Source: Eledone cirrhosa (taxonomy: Eukaryota). Taken from it: 64,000 nt of DNA. The position numbers were made by a program, and so were the translations under genes. The stretch lies in assembly GCA_964016885.1 (NCBI GenBank), contig OZ024752.1:22692001-22756000 (forward strand), written 5' to 3'. Shown here piece by piece: positions 1-20,526 of this stretch (positions are counted from its first letter, which is position 1; the number at the start of each line of letters is the position of its first letter). A model generated the notes under the pieces. The model was not told the origin of the DNA, ran no database searches, and was given only the letters and a program-made list of their open reading frames with translations.

Positions 1-1592
1 TTTTATGCACCCATACTTTGCATTTAGGACATAAAATGGAGTTTCTACCTACGCCTTTCCTACACACCGAGCACGACCATTTCCCAGAAGGGACCGCCGC
101 CTTGTTTTCTTTCCTACAAACTAGAACTTTGGTCTTAGCCAGGTTAATTTTAAGTCCTTTTGACTCTAGGCCGTGCTTCCATATTTGGAATTTCTTCTCT
201 AGCTCGGCCATTGATTCCGCTATGAGTGTCAGGTCGTCTGCATATAGGAGTTCCCATGGGCAGCCTGTCTTGAACTCCTCTGTTATAGCCTGAAGGGCAA
301 TAATAAATAGTAGGGGGCTGAGAACAGAGCCCTGATGGACGCCAACTTTTACGCTAAACTCTTCACTATATTCGTTGTTAATTCTAACCTTGCTGACTGT
401 TTCTTTATACATGGCTTGTATAGCCCTCACAAGCCATTCGTCAACGCCTAGTTTTCTAAGAGCCCACCAGATAATGGAGCGGGGGACTCTGTCGAAGGCT
501 TTCTCCAGGTCGACAAAAGCTAAGTAGAGGGGTTTACCTTTAGCTAGGTACTTCTCCTGTAGTTGTCGTACTATGAAAAGAGCGTCTGTGGTGCTTTTGC
601 CTGACACAAACCCGAACTGCATTTCATCTAGGTCAATTCTCTCTCTGATTAGTTGCGCTATTACTTTTTCCGTGACCTTCATGACCTGGTCGATTAATTT
701 AATGCCTCTATAGTTACTCCTATCTAGGGCGTCTCCTTTACCCTTATAACAGTTAACGATGATGCTGCTATGCCAGTCCTTCGGAACAACCCCATTCTGT
801 ACGACTTGGTTAACTATGCGGGTGACCATGGTGTGTCCCACCGTGCCAGATGCCTTCAGCATCTCAGCAACTATTTCCGAAGGCCCAGCCGCCTTACCCG
901 TCTTCATATCCTTGATTGCCTTACTTATTATACTCCCCTCGACTAACACTGCTGGTCCCTCTATCGGGTCGATATGGGGGAGACTGTCTTTCTCCCATTT
1001 ATTCTCCTCATTTAGTAGCCTTTCATAGTGACACTTCCAAGCTACCTTCTTATCAGTGTCGGTGATGGCAAGTATGCCATCATCGTTAAGTACACACTTC
1101 TCCCCGACAATATCACGGTTTTCCTTGACGCATTGCCTGGCAATCCTGAACACCTCACGTTTTTGGTCATCGCGTTTTTGGTCATCGCGTTGTAGAACAT
1201 GCTTGAACTTTCTTTCCTCAGCTTCCCTTCTTGCTAAGTACACTTCTCTCCTAGCTTCCCTCCTGGCCACTTGATAGTCTACTCTACTTCCCCCATCCCG
1301 CCATACTTTCCAAGCCTGCTTTTTGGCCTTAATTGACCCCTCCACCCTACTGTTCCACCACCATGTTACTCTCCTCCTGCCTACAGGCCTGCTCCAGCCA
1401 CAGACTTCGTCTGTCGCCAACAGAAATTCCCACTGTCCCTCTATATTGTCCGATTCTAGATGCTCTTCCTTACTGTCGAAAGCATCAAGTAATATGCTTT
1501 GAAATTTATTTCTGGCTGTGGGGTCCTTTAGTTTCCATATTTTCCTCCTGAGGATAGTCCTCTTCTGCTGTCGAGTACATCTCGTCCTGACT
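1..1592 (-). mobile_element. RTE-clade LINE, copy A (5'-truncated; linker and RT; runs off the left edge)
   Basis: Bases 1-1073 are the near-exact reverse complement of 1611-2683 (RT motifs AFVDLEKAFD, GVHQGSVLSP, YADD). Bases 1074-1592 resemble the EN-RT linker at 30555-30960. The 5' end abuts a short TA tract. Confidence 0.93.
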
Positions 1593-1610
1593 ATACATAT
1601 ATACATATAT

Positions 1611-3812
1611 ACTTGCCATCACCGACACTGATAAGAAGGTAGCTTGGAAGTGTCACTATGAAAGGCTACTAAATGAGGAGAATAAATGGGAGAAAGACAG
1701 TCTCCCCCATATCGACCCAATAGAGGGACCAGCAGTGTTAGTCGAGGGGAGTATAATAAGTAAGGCAATCAAGGATATGAAGACGGGTAAGGCGGCTGGG
1801 CCTTCGGAAATAGTTGCTGAGATGCTGAAGGCATCTGGCACGGTGGGACACACCATGGTCACCCGCATAGTTAACCAAGTCGTACAGAATGGGGTTGTTC
1901 CGAAGGACTGGCATAGCAGCATCATCGTTAACTGTTATAAGGGTAAAGGAGATGCCCTAGATAGGAGTAACTATAGAGGCATTAAATTAATCGACCAGGT
2001 CATGAAGGTCACGGAAAAAGTAATAACGCAACTAATCAGAGAGAGAATTGACCTAGATGAAATGCAGTTCGGGTTTGTGTCAGGCAAAAGTACCACAGAC
2101 GCTCTTTTCATAGTACAACAACTACAGGAGAAGTACCTAGCTAAAGGTAAACCCCTCTACTTAGCTTTTGTCGACTTGGAGAAAGCCTTCGACAGAGTCC
2201 CCCGCTCCATTATCTGGTGGGCTCTTAGAAAACTAGGCGTTGACGAATGGCTTGTGAGGGCTATACAAGCCATGTATAAAGAAACAGTCAGCAAGGTCAG
2301 AATTAACAACGAATATAGTGAAGAGTTTAGCGTAAAAGTTGGCGTCCATCAGGGCTCTGTTCTCAGCCCCCTACTATTTATTATTGCCCTTCAGGCTATA
2401 ACAGAGGAGTTCAAGACAGGCTGCCCATGGGAACTCCTATACGCAGACGACCTGACACTCATAGCGGAATCAATGGGCGAGCTAGAGAAGAAATTCCAAA
2501 CATGGAAGCACGGCCTAGAGTCAAAAGGACTTAAAATTAACCTGGCTAAGACCAAAGTTCTAGTTTGTAGGAAAGAAAACAAGGCGGCGGTCCCTTCTGG
2601 GAAATGGTCGTGCTCGGTGTGTAGGAAAGGCGTAGGTAGAAACTCCGTTTTATGTCCTAAATGCAAAGTATGGGTGCATAAAAGATGTAGTGGGATCACA
2701 GGTAAGCTAACTAAGAACATAGATTTTACATGTGGCCGGTGTTCTGGTGCAATAAGTAGCAGCAAGTGCCCACAAAATACTAGCTCTTTCAATTGCGCAG
2801 AGGGTTCTATAGAAATAGTGGACAGCTTCCGTTACCTGGGCGATAAAATCAGCAGTGGGGGAGGGTGCTCTGAAAGTACTGTAGCTAGAGTCAGAACTGG
2901 TTGGAAAAAGTTCAGAGAGCTTATACCACTATTAGCTGCTAAAGGGTTCTCCCTAAAAATGAAAGGCAGGTTGTACGATGCCTGCATACGAACAGCAATG
3001 TTGCATGGCAGTGAGACCTGGGCATTGTGTGCAGAGGATATACGCAGACTAGAGAGGAACGAAGCTTGCATGCTCCGCTGGATGTGTAACAGTAATATAC
3101 GTGAACGGCAAAGCAGAAACGAACTAAGGAAAAAATTAGAGATAAGAGGGATCAGATGTTGTTTACTCGAGAGAAGGCTACATTGGTATGGACACGTGAT
3201 GCGCATGAAAGTCGATAGCTGTATAACAAAGTGCAGGGCAATAAAGATAGACGGTAGTCACGGAATAGGCAGACCGAGAAAAACCTGGGACGAGCTGATA
3301 AACTCCGACATCACACACTTACACCTCTCCAAGATAATGTCACTGGACCGAGACCTTTGGCGGTACTCAGTAACAGAGAAGACCCGCCTTACCTAAATAT
3401 ATATAGTAAAACCTACTCCAGCCAGTAGGCATCTCTAACAAAATACACCCCGTCCCACCACCACCACCCCTACTTCATCCACACCACCCCGTTCTATGTA
3501 AAGTTATGTTGGTGCCGCGCCATCCAGGCCGAAACAAATGAGATCGTGTAGGCCGAAACAAATGAGATCGTGTAGGTGTCACCACAAAAAAACACACAGT
3601 CCACGCTGTAATGTGGCCGTGTAGGCAACACGGTAAAAACCTCCCAGACCCACACTGTAAATGTGGTTGGTGTTAGGAAGGGCATCCAACTGTAGAAAAC
3701 CTGCCAGACAGTCCTATGCGAGCAAGACAATCACTCTTGCCTCAAGTGGGACTACCCCCGTCCAAACCCATGAAAGCGTGGAACACGGACGTTAAACGTT
3801 GATGATGATGAT
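1611..3812 (+). mobile_element. RTE-clade LINE, copy B (5'-truncated; RT, C-terminus, 3'UTR, (GAT)n tail)
   Basis: Starts after a TA tract and ends with a 3' stem-loop and (GAT)4 running into a TA array. RTE-type C-terminal motifs LHGSETW, RRLHWYGHVMR, GRPRKTW. Confidence 0.95.
1612..3396 (+). CDS. RTE ORF2 fragment: reverse transcriptase with internal PHD finger (uninterrupted frame, no endonuclease, no native start)
   Basis: Frame is open from 1612. Motifs GKAAGPSEI, YKGKGD, NYRGIKL, QFGF, DLEKAFD, QGSVLSP, YADD (2440-2451), FRYLG. Confidence 0.9.
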   Translation, partial: LAITDTDKKVAWKCHYERLLNEENKWEKDSLPHIDPIEGPAVLVEGSIISKAIKDMKTGKAAGPSEIVAEMLKASGTVGHTMVTRIVNQVVQNGVVPKDWHSSIIVNCYKGKGDALDRSNYRGIKLIDQVMKVTEKVITQLIRERIDLDEMQFGFVSGKSTTDALFIVQQLQEKYLAKGKPLYLAFVDLEKAFDRVPRSIIWWALRKLGVDEWLVRAIQAMYKETVSKVRINNEYSEEFSVKVGVHQGSVLSPLLFIIALQAITEEFKTGCPWELLYADDLTLIAESMGELEKKFQTWKHGLESKGLKINLAKTKVLVCRKENKAAVPSGKWSCSVCRKGVGRNSVLCPKCKVWVHKRCSGITGKLTKNIDFTCGRCSGAISSSKCPQNTSSFNCAEGSIEIVDSFRYLGDKISSGGGCSESTVARVRTGWKKFRELIPLLAAKGFSLKMKGRLYDACIRTAMLHGSETWALCAEDIRRLERNEACMLRWMCNSNIRERQSRNELRKKLEIRGIRCCLLERRLHWYGHVMRMKVDSCITKCRAIKIDGSHGIGRPRKTWDELINSDITHLHLSKIMSLDRDLWRYSVTEKTRLT

Positions 3813-6136
<2,324 letters not shown>

Positions 6137-8406
6137 ACAATGCAAACTGGGAAGCGATCAGTCATGATCTTGCACATGTCGACTGGTCCTTCACGCACAC
6201 TCATACACCCACTAACATCAAAAAGTCCTGGCAGACATTTGTGGACACTGTTACAAACATATGTGCTAAACACACCCCATTAAGAACTATAAACAAATCT
6301 AAGAGCAGAATCCCTAGAAATAGAAAAACACTCATCAGAAAAATTAAGAGAACGAACAAAAAAATCAACAAGCTGAAATACTGTCAGCAGCAACACATCA
6401 ACTTGACTGCCATTTCATCACTAGAGATTAAAAAACATAACCTCCAAAACAACATAATGTCCCTCATCAACAATCAGAGAAGAGCTGAAGAGGCCTGGGC
6501 CATTGAGAAGATCAAACTCAATCCCAAAGTGTTCTTTTCATTTGCAAAAAAACACAAAATCACTGGCTCTACTGTTGGCCCTCTAATTGATGAAAATGGC
6601 ACTCTTCAAGACAATGCTAAAACCATGGGTGAGATACTGCAGAAACAATACTGCTCTGTTTTCAGCAATCCTGATATGGCCGATCTGGGCTGTATCGGCG
6701 ATGTTACTCCCCATTACACCTTATCGGACATAACGTTTGGCGCCCCTGATGTCTTGGCGGCAATAAAGGAAATCAAGCATAATTCAGCAGTAGGTCCCGA
6801 TAGGTTCCCTGCTTGTGTCTTGAAGGCGTGTCAACACCAACTTGCTTCTCCTCTTGCCAATCTGTGGCGGAACTCACTGGATGCTGGATATGTGCCAGAA
6901 AACCTTCTATCCCAGTCTGTTGTCCCAGTTTTCAAAAAGGGAAACAAATCCCTTGCCGTGAATTACCGTCCAATCTCACTCACCTCTCATATCATTAAGG
7001 TATTTGAGCGAGTGGTGAGATCGCGAATGACCCACTTCCTTGAGAGTAACAATATGCTGAACTCCAACCAGCATGGATTCCGTAATGGAAGGGATTGCCT
7101 GACGCAACTACTGCATCACTTTGATGACATTTGAGAGCCTTGGGAGAGGGTTCCAACACTGATGTTATCTACCTTGATTTCAGCAAGGCCTTTGACAGGG
7201 TTGATCATAACATTCTACTGAGAAAGCTGTCCAATATTGGTGTCACTGGAAAGCTGCTGCAGTGGATCAAGAGCTTCCTGTCAAACAGAACCCAACATGT
7301 TGTAGTTGAGGGAGTCAAATCAAGCCCAGCCAAAGTCAGTAGTGGAGTCCCACAAGGCACTGTGTTGGCCCACTTCTCTTCATCATCTATATTAATGACA
7401 TCACTGACATCATCAAACACAGCAACATTAAAATTTTCGCTGATGATTCAAGCTCCAAAAGGTCATCAATGGCGTGGATGACCGGATAAGCCTTCAGTCA
7501 GACCTACTGGCTGTTACCCAATGGGCAGAAAAGAACAACATGCTACTGAACGAAGACAAATTCGAACTGATCCACTTTGGAAAAGAGGATGCTCTGAAAC
7601 TCCCGTACTCCCTTCCCTCCGGGGAAACTCTCGTGGCATCTAACAACATCAGAGACTTGGAGTAACCGTGGACAGCAACATAAGCTGGACCACGCATATA
7701 AGCAGCAAAGTTGACATGGCCCGCAGAATGTGTTCCTGGATCCTCAGAACCTTCCAGTCGAGAGATTCCCGCACCATTATCCTTCTCTTCTCTACTTTCG
7801 CCCGACCACACCTTGAATACTGTTGTCCACTGTGGTCTCCCACACGAAACAAAGTATCATGAAACTTGAAGCTCCTCAAAGGGCAATCACGAAAAAGATA
7901 GATGGCATGTCAGACCTTGACTACTGGGGTCGATTGGAAAACCTGAAACTTTACTCACTCCAACGTCGCCGTGAGCGTTATATTATCTGCATGATGTGGA
8001 AAATGTTCCATCATCACTGCCCAAATGATGTTGGCATCGCCTTCAAGATACACCCAAGGCTTGGGCCCCGTGCTATCCGTCCCATTCAAAATCTAAATCG
8101 CAACTCATAACAACAATACGGCACAATTATTTCACCTCAATCGGCCCTGCTCTCTTCAACATCACACCAGGACACGTCAAAACAGAAACTGACCACACAA
8201 AATTCAAGAAGTCTTTGGACAAATTCCTCCAAGTAATCCCGACAAACCACCCACACCCGGATATGTCTCCGCAAACAGTAATTCTCTTCTCGAATGGGCC
8301 ATGGTGCCCAAATCCTGAATTGAAAGACTTCGCCAGGTGGTGCTATTAAGTTAGACATGGCCTGGGCCAATACTGGCCAAAACATTTCAAAGTTCAAAGT
8401 TCAAAG
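6137..8406 (+). mobile_element. CR1-group LINE, 5'-truncated ORF2 (RT) with frameshifts and (TTCAAAG)3 tail
   Basis: [71 protein letters not shown]. Short tandem-repeat tail followed by TA. Confidence 0.92.
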
Positions 8407-11764
<3,358 letters not shown>

Positions 11765-11794
11765 CAAACAGCACGGACACTCTATCTCAAAATT

Positions 11795-11833
11795 ATTTTT
11801 GAAAAGCATTTAGAAATGCGCAACCGGTAAAAA
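11795..11833 (+). ncRNA. Variant minimal hammerhead ribozyme motif (UUGAAAA...GCAA)
   Basis: tttt TTGAAAA gcatt-taga-aatgc GCAA ccgg TA aaaa: stem II, palindromic stem III and U3:A8 covariation are present, with A13C. Confidence 0.5.
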
Positions 11834-11977
11834 CTTAAAAACTTTAAACCACAACTGAATACTAACCCATACAATCACTAATACTCTTTTATTCCTAATT
11901 AAACCATTTTTCAACTGTGAACAATTTGTCAGCATTTTCTATTCCGTTTACCAATATATATATATATATATACATAT

Positions 11978-12587
11978 ATGGTGGCTGCCAACTCGTTTTC
12001 GAGTACGGCCACTACTTTATATCCATGTAGGAGAACCCCTACCGATGCGCTGAACGAGTGTGACTTTTTAGTCCAGCCAGCGACTTGAAAACTCTAGTAC
12101 AAACACTACACTTGTGACAATTATTGACACATAGTGCTTTGTAGTTGGTACCATGTGACGACAAGTGCAGAGAGATCTCCAGATATAAAGCAATGCCTGT
12201 GCCGTGAAGCTTTTATAGTGAGCAAAGGCACTGCACAAAGCCAGTCCCACTGTCTTAACCAAGATGATATTTACCAAAAAGAAGAACAAGTCAACATCAT
12301 TGGATACCATCAGGGTTGCAGGTGTTATATCAGAGTTTTCCTTCTCCTAGAATTCTGCCTTGACAAAGGCTAAGGGGTCATCTCTCCCAGTGATTTTGGA
12401 TGGCCATTGACTCTTAAGAGCTCCTTTGCCCTTTGACAGGTTTTGTTTTTAGTCCTGCAGGATGTCCAAAGTCACCCTCCTCACCAAGAAACCTTGGTGG
12501 GATTGCCAGTTTAGTCGCCAACGACCCGACCATGAGACAGGTTGTACTGGGATACATGTTACCAGTAGCACCAAGTGGTGACCTGAC
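11978..12587 (-). mobile_element. Non-autonomous bipartite RTE-derived element, copy 1 (5'UTR-like part fused to ORF2 C-terminal C2H2 finger and 3'UTR)
   Basis: Direct repeat of 13438-14047. Minus 12131-12039 reads [26 protein letters not shown]. Contains the RTE 5'UTR-type motif CTAGGAGAAGGAAAACTCTGA. Confidence 0.75.
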
Positions 12588-13437
12588 ATATATATATATA
12601 CATATATATATACATACATATATATATACATACACATATACATATACATACATACATACATACATATACACACATACATACATATATACATACATACATA
12701 TATATATACATATATACCTACACACATACATACATACACACATACATACATACATACATATATATACATACATATACATATACATATATATATACACATA
12801 TACATACATAATACACATATATACATATATATATATACACATATATATACACAATACACATACATATATATACACAATACACATACATATATACACATAC
12901 ATACATAATACACATATATACATATATATATACATAATACATATATATATACACACATACATATATACACACATACATACACACATACATACATATATAT
13001 ATACATATACATATACATACATATATATATACATACATACACATATACACATATATACACACACATACACACATACACATACATATACATATATATATAC
13101 AAAAAAAATATATACATACATATACATATACATACATATACATATACATACATATACATACATACATACACATATATATACATACACACACACATACATA
13201 TACACATACATATACATACATACACATATACATACATATACATACATACATATATACATATATACATATACACAATACATACATATATACACAATACATA
13301 CATATATACACAATACATATATATATATATACACATATATATACATAATACACATATACATACATACATACACATACATATACATATATATACACATACA
13401 TACATACATACACATATACATATATATATATATATAC
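12588..13437. repeat. Degenerate (TA)/(CA)/(TACA) array
   Basis: Direct inspection. Confidence 0.97.
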
Positions 13438-14047
13438 ATGGTGGCTGCCAACTCGTTTTCGAGTACGGCCACTACTTTATATCCATGTAGGAGAACCCCT
13501 ACCAATGCGCTGAACGAGTGTTACTTTTTAGTCCAGCCAGCGACTTAAAAACTCTGGTACAAACACTACACTTGTGACATTTATTGACACATAGTGCTGG
13601 GCCCTTGGTACCATGTGACGACAAGTGCAGAGAGATCTCCAGATATAAAGCAATGCCTGTGCTGTGAAGCTTTTCTAGTGAGCAAAGGCACTGCACAAAG
13701 CCAGTCCCACTCTCTTAACCAAGATGATATTTACCAAAAAGAAGAACAATTCAACATCATTGGATACCATCAGGGTTGCAGGTGTTATATCAGAGTTTTC
13801 CTTCTCCTAGAATTCTGCCTTGACAAAGGCTAAGGGGTCATCTCTCCCAGTGATTTTGGATGGCTATTGACTCTTAAGAGCCCCTTTGCCTTTTGACAGG
13901 TTTTGTTTTTAGTCCTGCAGGATGTCCAAAGCCACCCTCCTCACCAAGAAACCTTAGTGGGGTTGCCAGTTTAGTCGCCAACGACCCGACCATGAGACAG
14001 GTTTTACTGGGATACATGTTACCAATAGCACCAACTGGTGACCTGAC
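13438..14047 (-). mobile_element. Non-autonomous bipartite RTE-derived element, copy 2
   Basis: Same two ends as copy 1 with scattered substitutions; TA on both sides. Confidence 0.75.
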
Positions 14048-16670
<2,623 letters not shown>

Positions 16671-16910
16671 TACAATATTAAATAAATGGAAAACTATATT
16701 ATAAAACCATATTTATTTCATTATATATATTTCGGGGATATCATATTAACAATATGCTATGCCTTCATCAGACAAAATACAATATAAACAGTTTATATTG
16801 TATTTTGTCTGATGAAGGCATAGCATATTGTTAATATGATATCCCCGAAATATATATAATGAAATAAATATGGTTTTATAAATATAGTTTTCCATTTATT
16901 TAATATTGTA
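16671..16910. repeat. Near-perfect palindrome of about 240 bp; PLE pseudo-LTR fold-back with a hammerhead in each arm
   Basis: Arms are reverse complements around tataaac-a-gtttata. Right arm: ttttgt CTGATGA aggcatagcatatt-gtt-aatatgatatcccc GAAA tatata TA atgaaa. Confidence 0.88.
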
Positions 16911-16997
16911 AATATACTCCAAATATTTGTCGAGTGCTTTTATATCAGTTATAAATATTTACTAGTTGTAACCCAACAATTTTAAATATAACTTTAC

Positions 16998-17092
<95 letters not shown>

Positions 17093-17099
17093 TATATAC

Positions 17100-17150
<51 letters not shown>

Positions 17151-17153
<3 letters not shown>

Positions 17154-19096
17154 GAAATAGTTGCTGAGATGCTGAAGGCATCTGGCACGGTGGGACACAC
17201 CATGGTCACCCGCATAGTTAACCAAGTCGTACAGAATGGGGTTGTTCCGAAGGACTGGCATAGCAGCATCATCGTTAACTGTTATAAGGGTAAAGGAGAC
17301 GCCCTAGATAGGAGTAACTATAGAGGCATTAAATTAATCGACCAGGTCATGAAGGTCACGGAAAAAGTAATAACGCAACTAATCAGAGAGAGAATTGACC
17401 TAGATGAAATGCAGTTCGGGTTTGTGTCAGGCAAAAGCACCACAGACGCTCTTTTCATAGTACGACAACTACAGGAGAAGTACCTAGCTAAAGGTAAACC
17501 CCTCTACTTAGCTTTTGTCGACCTGGAGAAAGCCTTCGACAGAGTCCCCCGCTCCATTATCTGGTGGGCTCTTAGAAAACTAGGCGTTGACGAATGGCTT
17601 GTGAGGGCTATACAAGCCATGTATAAAGAAACAGTCAGCAAGGTCAGAATTAACAACGAATATAGTGAAGAGTTTAGCGTAAAAGTTGGCGTCCATCAGG
17701 GCTCTGTTCTCAGCCCCCTACTATTTATTATTGCCCTTCAGGCTATAACAGAGGAGTTCAAGACAGGCTGCCCATGGGAACTCCTATACGCAGACGACCT
17801 GACACTCATAGCGGAATCAATGGCTGAGCTAGAGAAGAAATTCCAAACATGGAAGCACGGCCTAGAGTCAAAAGGACTTAAAATTAACCTGGCTAAGACC
17901 AACGTTCTAGTTTGTAGGAAAGAAAACAAGGCGGCGGTCCCTTCTGGGAAATGGTCGTGCTCGGTGTGTAGGAAAGGCGTAGGTAGAAACTCCATTTTAT
18001 GTCCTAAATGCAAAGTATGGGTGCATAAAAGATGTAGTGGGATCACAGGTAAGCTAACTAAGAACATAGATTTTACATGTGGCCGGTGTTCTGGTGCAAT
18101 AAGTAGCAGCAAGTGCCACAAAATACTAGCTCTTTCAATTGCGCAGAGGGTTCTATAGAAATAGTGGACAGCTTCCGTTACCTGGGCGATAAAATCAGCA
18201 GTGGGGGAGGGTGCTCTGAAAGTACTGTAGCTAGAGTCAGAACTGGTTGGAAAAAGTTCAGAGAGCTTATACCACTATTAGCTGCTAAAGGGTTCTCCCT
18301 AAAAATGAAAGGCAGGTTGTACGATGCCTGCATACGAACAGCAATGTTGCATGGTAGTGAGACCTGGGCATTGTGTGCAGAGGATATACGCAGACTAGAG
18401 AGGAACGAAGCTTGCATGCTCCGCTGGATGTGTAACAGTAATATACGTGAACGGCAAAGCATAAACGAACTAAGGAAAAAATTAGAGATAAGAGGGATCA
18501 GATGTTGTTTACTCGAGAGAAGGCTGCGTTGGTATGGACACGTGATGCGCATGAAAGTCGATAGCTGTATAACAAAGTGCAGGGCAATAAAGATAGACGG
18601 TAGCCACGGAATAGGCAGACCTAGAAAAACCTGGGACGAGCTGATAAACTCCGACCTCACACACTTACACCTCTCCAAGACAATGTCACTGGACCGAGAC
18701 CTTTGGCGGTACTCAGTAACAGAGAAGACCCGCCTTGCCAGTAGGCATCTCTAACAAAATACACCCCGTCCCGCCACCACCCCCACCCCATTCTATGTAA
18801 AGGTATGTTGGTGCCGCGCCATCCAGGCCGAAACAAATGAGATCGTGTAGGTGTCACGACAAAAAAACACACAGTCCACGCTGTAATGTGGCCGTGTAGG
18901 CAACACGGTAAAAACCTCCCAGACCCACACTGTAAATGTGGTTGGTGTTAGGAAGGGCATCCAACTGTAGAAAACCTGCCAGACAGTCCTATGCGAGCAA
19001 GACAATCACTCTTGCCTCAAGTGGGACTACCCCCGTCCAAACCCATGCAAGCATGGAACACGGACGTTAAACGTTGATGATGATGATGATGATGAT
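17151..19096 (+). mobile_element. RTE-clade LINE, copy C (5'-truncated; one 1-bp frameshift near 18115; (GAT)n tail)
   Basis: Near-identical to 1803-3812 and flanked by TA arrays. Lacks about 30 bp at the ORF end relative to copy B. Confidence 0.95.
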
Positions 19097-19695
<599 letters not shown>

Positions 19696-19771
19696 AACAG
19701 AAATAACAACACGATCGGTACAGTATATGGAAACGATATATTAGGTTAACGCTTGATATAGCAGGAAGAGG

Positions 19772-19808
19772 GTCTTAACGTTTCGGACGCTAGTTCTTCA
19801 TCGGAGGA
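19772..19808 (-). ncRNA. Degenerate minimal hammerhead motif (CCGAUGA core)
   Basis: Minus strand: cct CCGATGA agaac-tagc-gtcc GAAA cgt TA aga. Confidence 0.45.
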
Positions 19809-20308
19809 AAGAATGAGAAATAAGATAGACTGAGGGGACGGGCGCGATGAAATTGGAAAAAATGTCTTTAGATAAAATTAACAGGTCCATTCATGTTGAC
19901 ATCTCTTGCAAAACTGTTCGTGCTGGCGTTTTGTGTATGATCTATTATTAGAAAAGCGGATGATGGAGCGCATCTACCTTAAATAAAAAAAAAAACGTTT
20001 TGTAAAAAGAGCTATATTTGAGCACATAAATAAGTGTGTGTGTTATCTTCATGCTAAAATACTCACTGTATTAGCCCCATAACTGCATTTATGTGACTTA
20101 CACACATTGAGTCTGAGACGCATGGCAATTCTGATGTGTGTACACTCAATGTTGATAAGGGTTCTGGTTGATGAAGGTAGTGCGTTGACCCATGTGTCAT
20201 CCTGAAGCAGGTAAAACAATTGTTGGTCAAGGGGTGTAAATGATAATTACCCAAGATGTTACACAGTGGGAGCAAACCTTGGAAATAATTTATTACCAAG
20301 CAAACCCC

Positions 20309-20526
20309 TTAACCCTTTAATGTTCAAACCGGCCAGAATTCTCTACCTTTTTCTGTTGAAACTGGCTGTAACTGGTCACTCAAACTGATGTTAAGGTATT
20401 GTTCTCAATATAAATACATTCAAAATCTCATAGATTCGATATTATGTGAGATAATTATGCGAGGTAAAGCCTTTACCATGAAAATATAATAGTATATATA
20501 GAGTAATGTAAATACTAAAGGGTTAA
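20309..20526. mobile_element. piggyBac-like MITE (family 1)
   Basis: TTAA-CCCTTTA ... TAAAGGG-TTAA; homologous copies at 43004 and 43535. Confidence 0.8.

Noticed and set aside
18-3206. Short ORFs antisense to the RT, repeated across copies
   Set aside because: Shadow ORFs shared only because the copies are nearly identical.
12500-12587. HDV-like ribozyme at the 5' end of the bipartite RTE
   Set aside because: Partial features are present on minus (ccagt/actgg pairing, gtcg-ttgg-cgac hairpin, CTAA), but I could not build a complete nested double pseudoknot by eye; an RNArobo or Infernal search is needed.
16998-18158. Apparent (YI)n-RT fusion protein
   Set aside because: A 5'-truncated RTE inserted in TA; the frame continuity is accidental.
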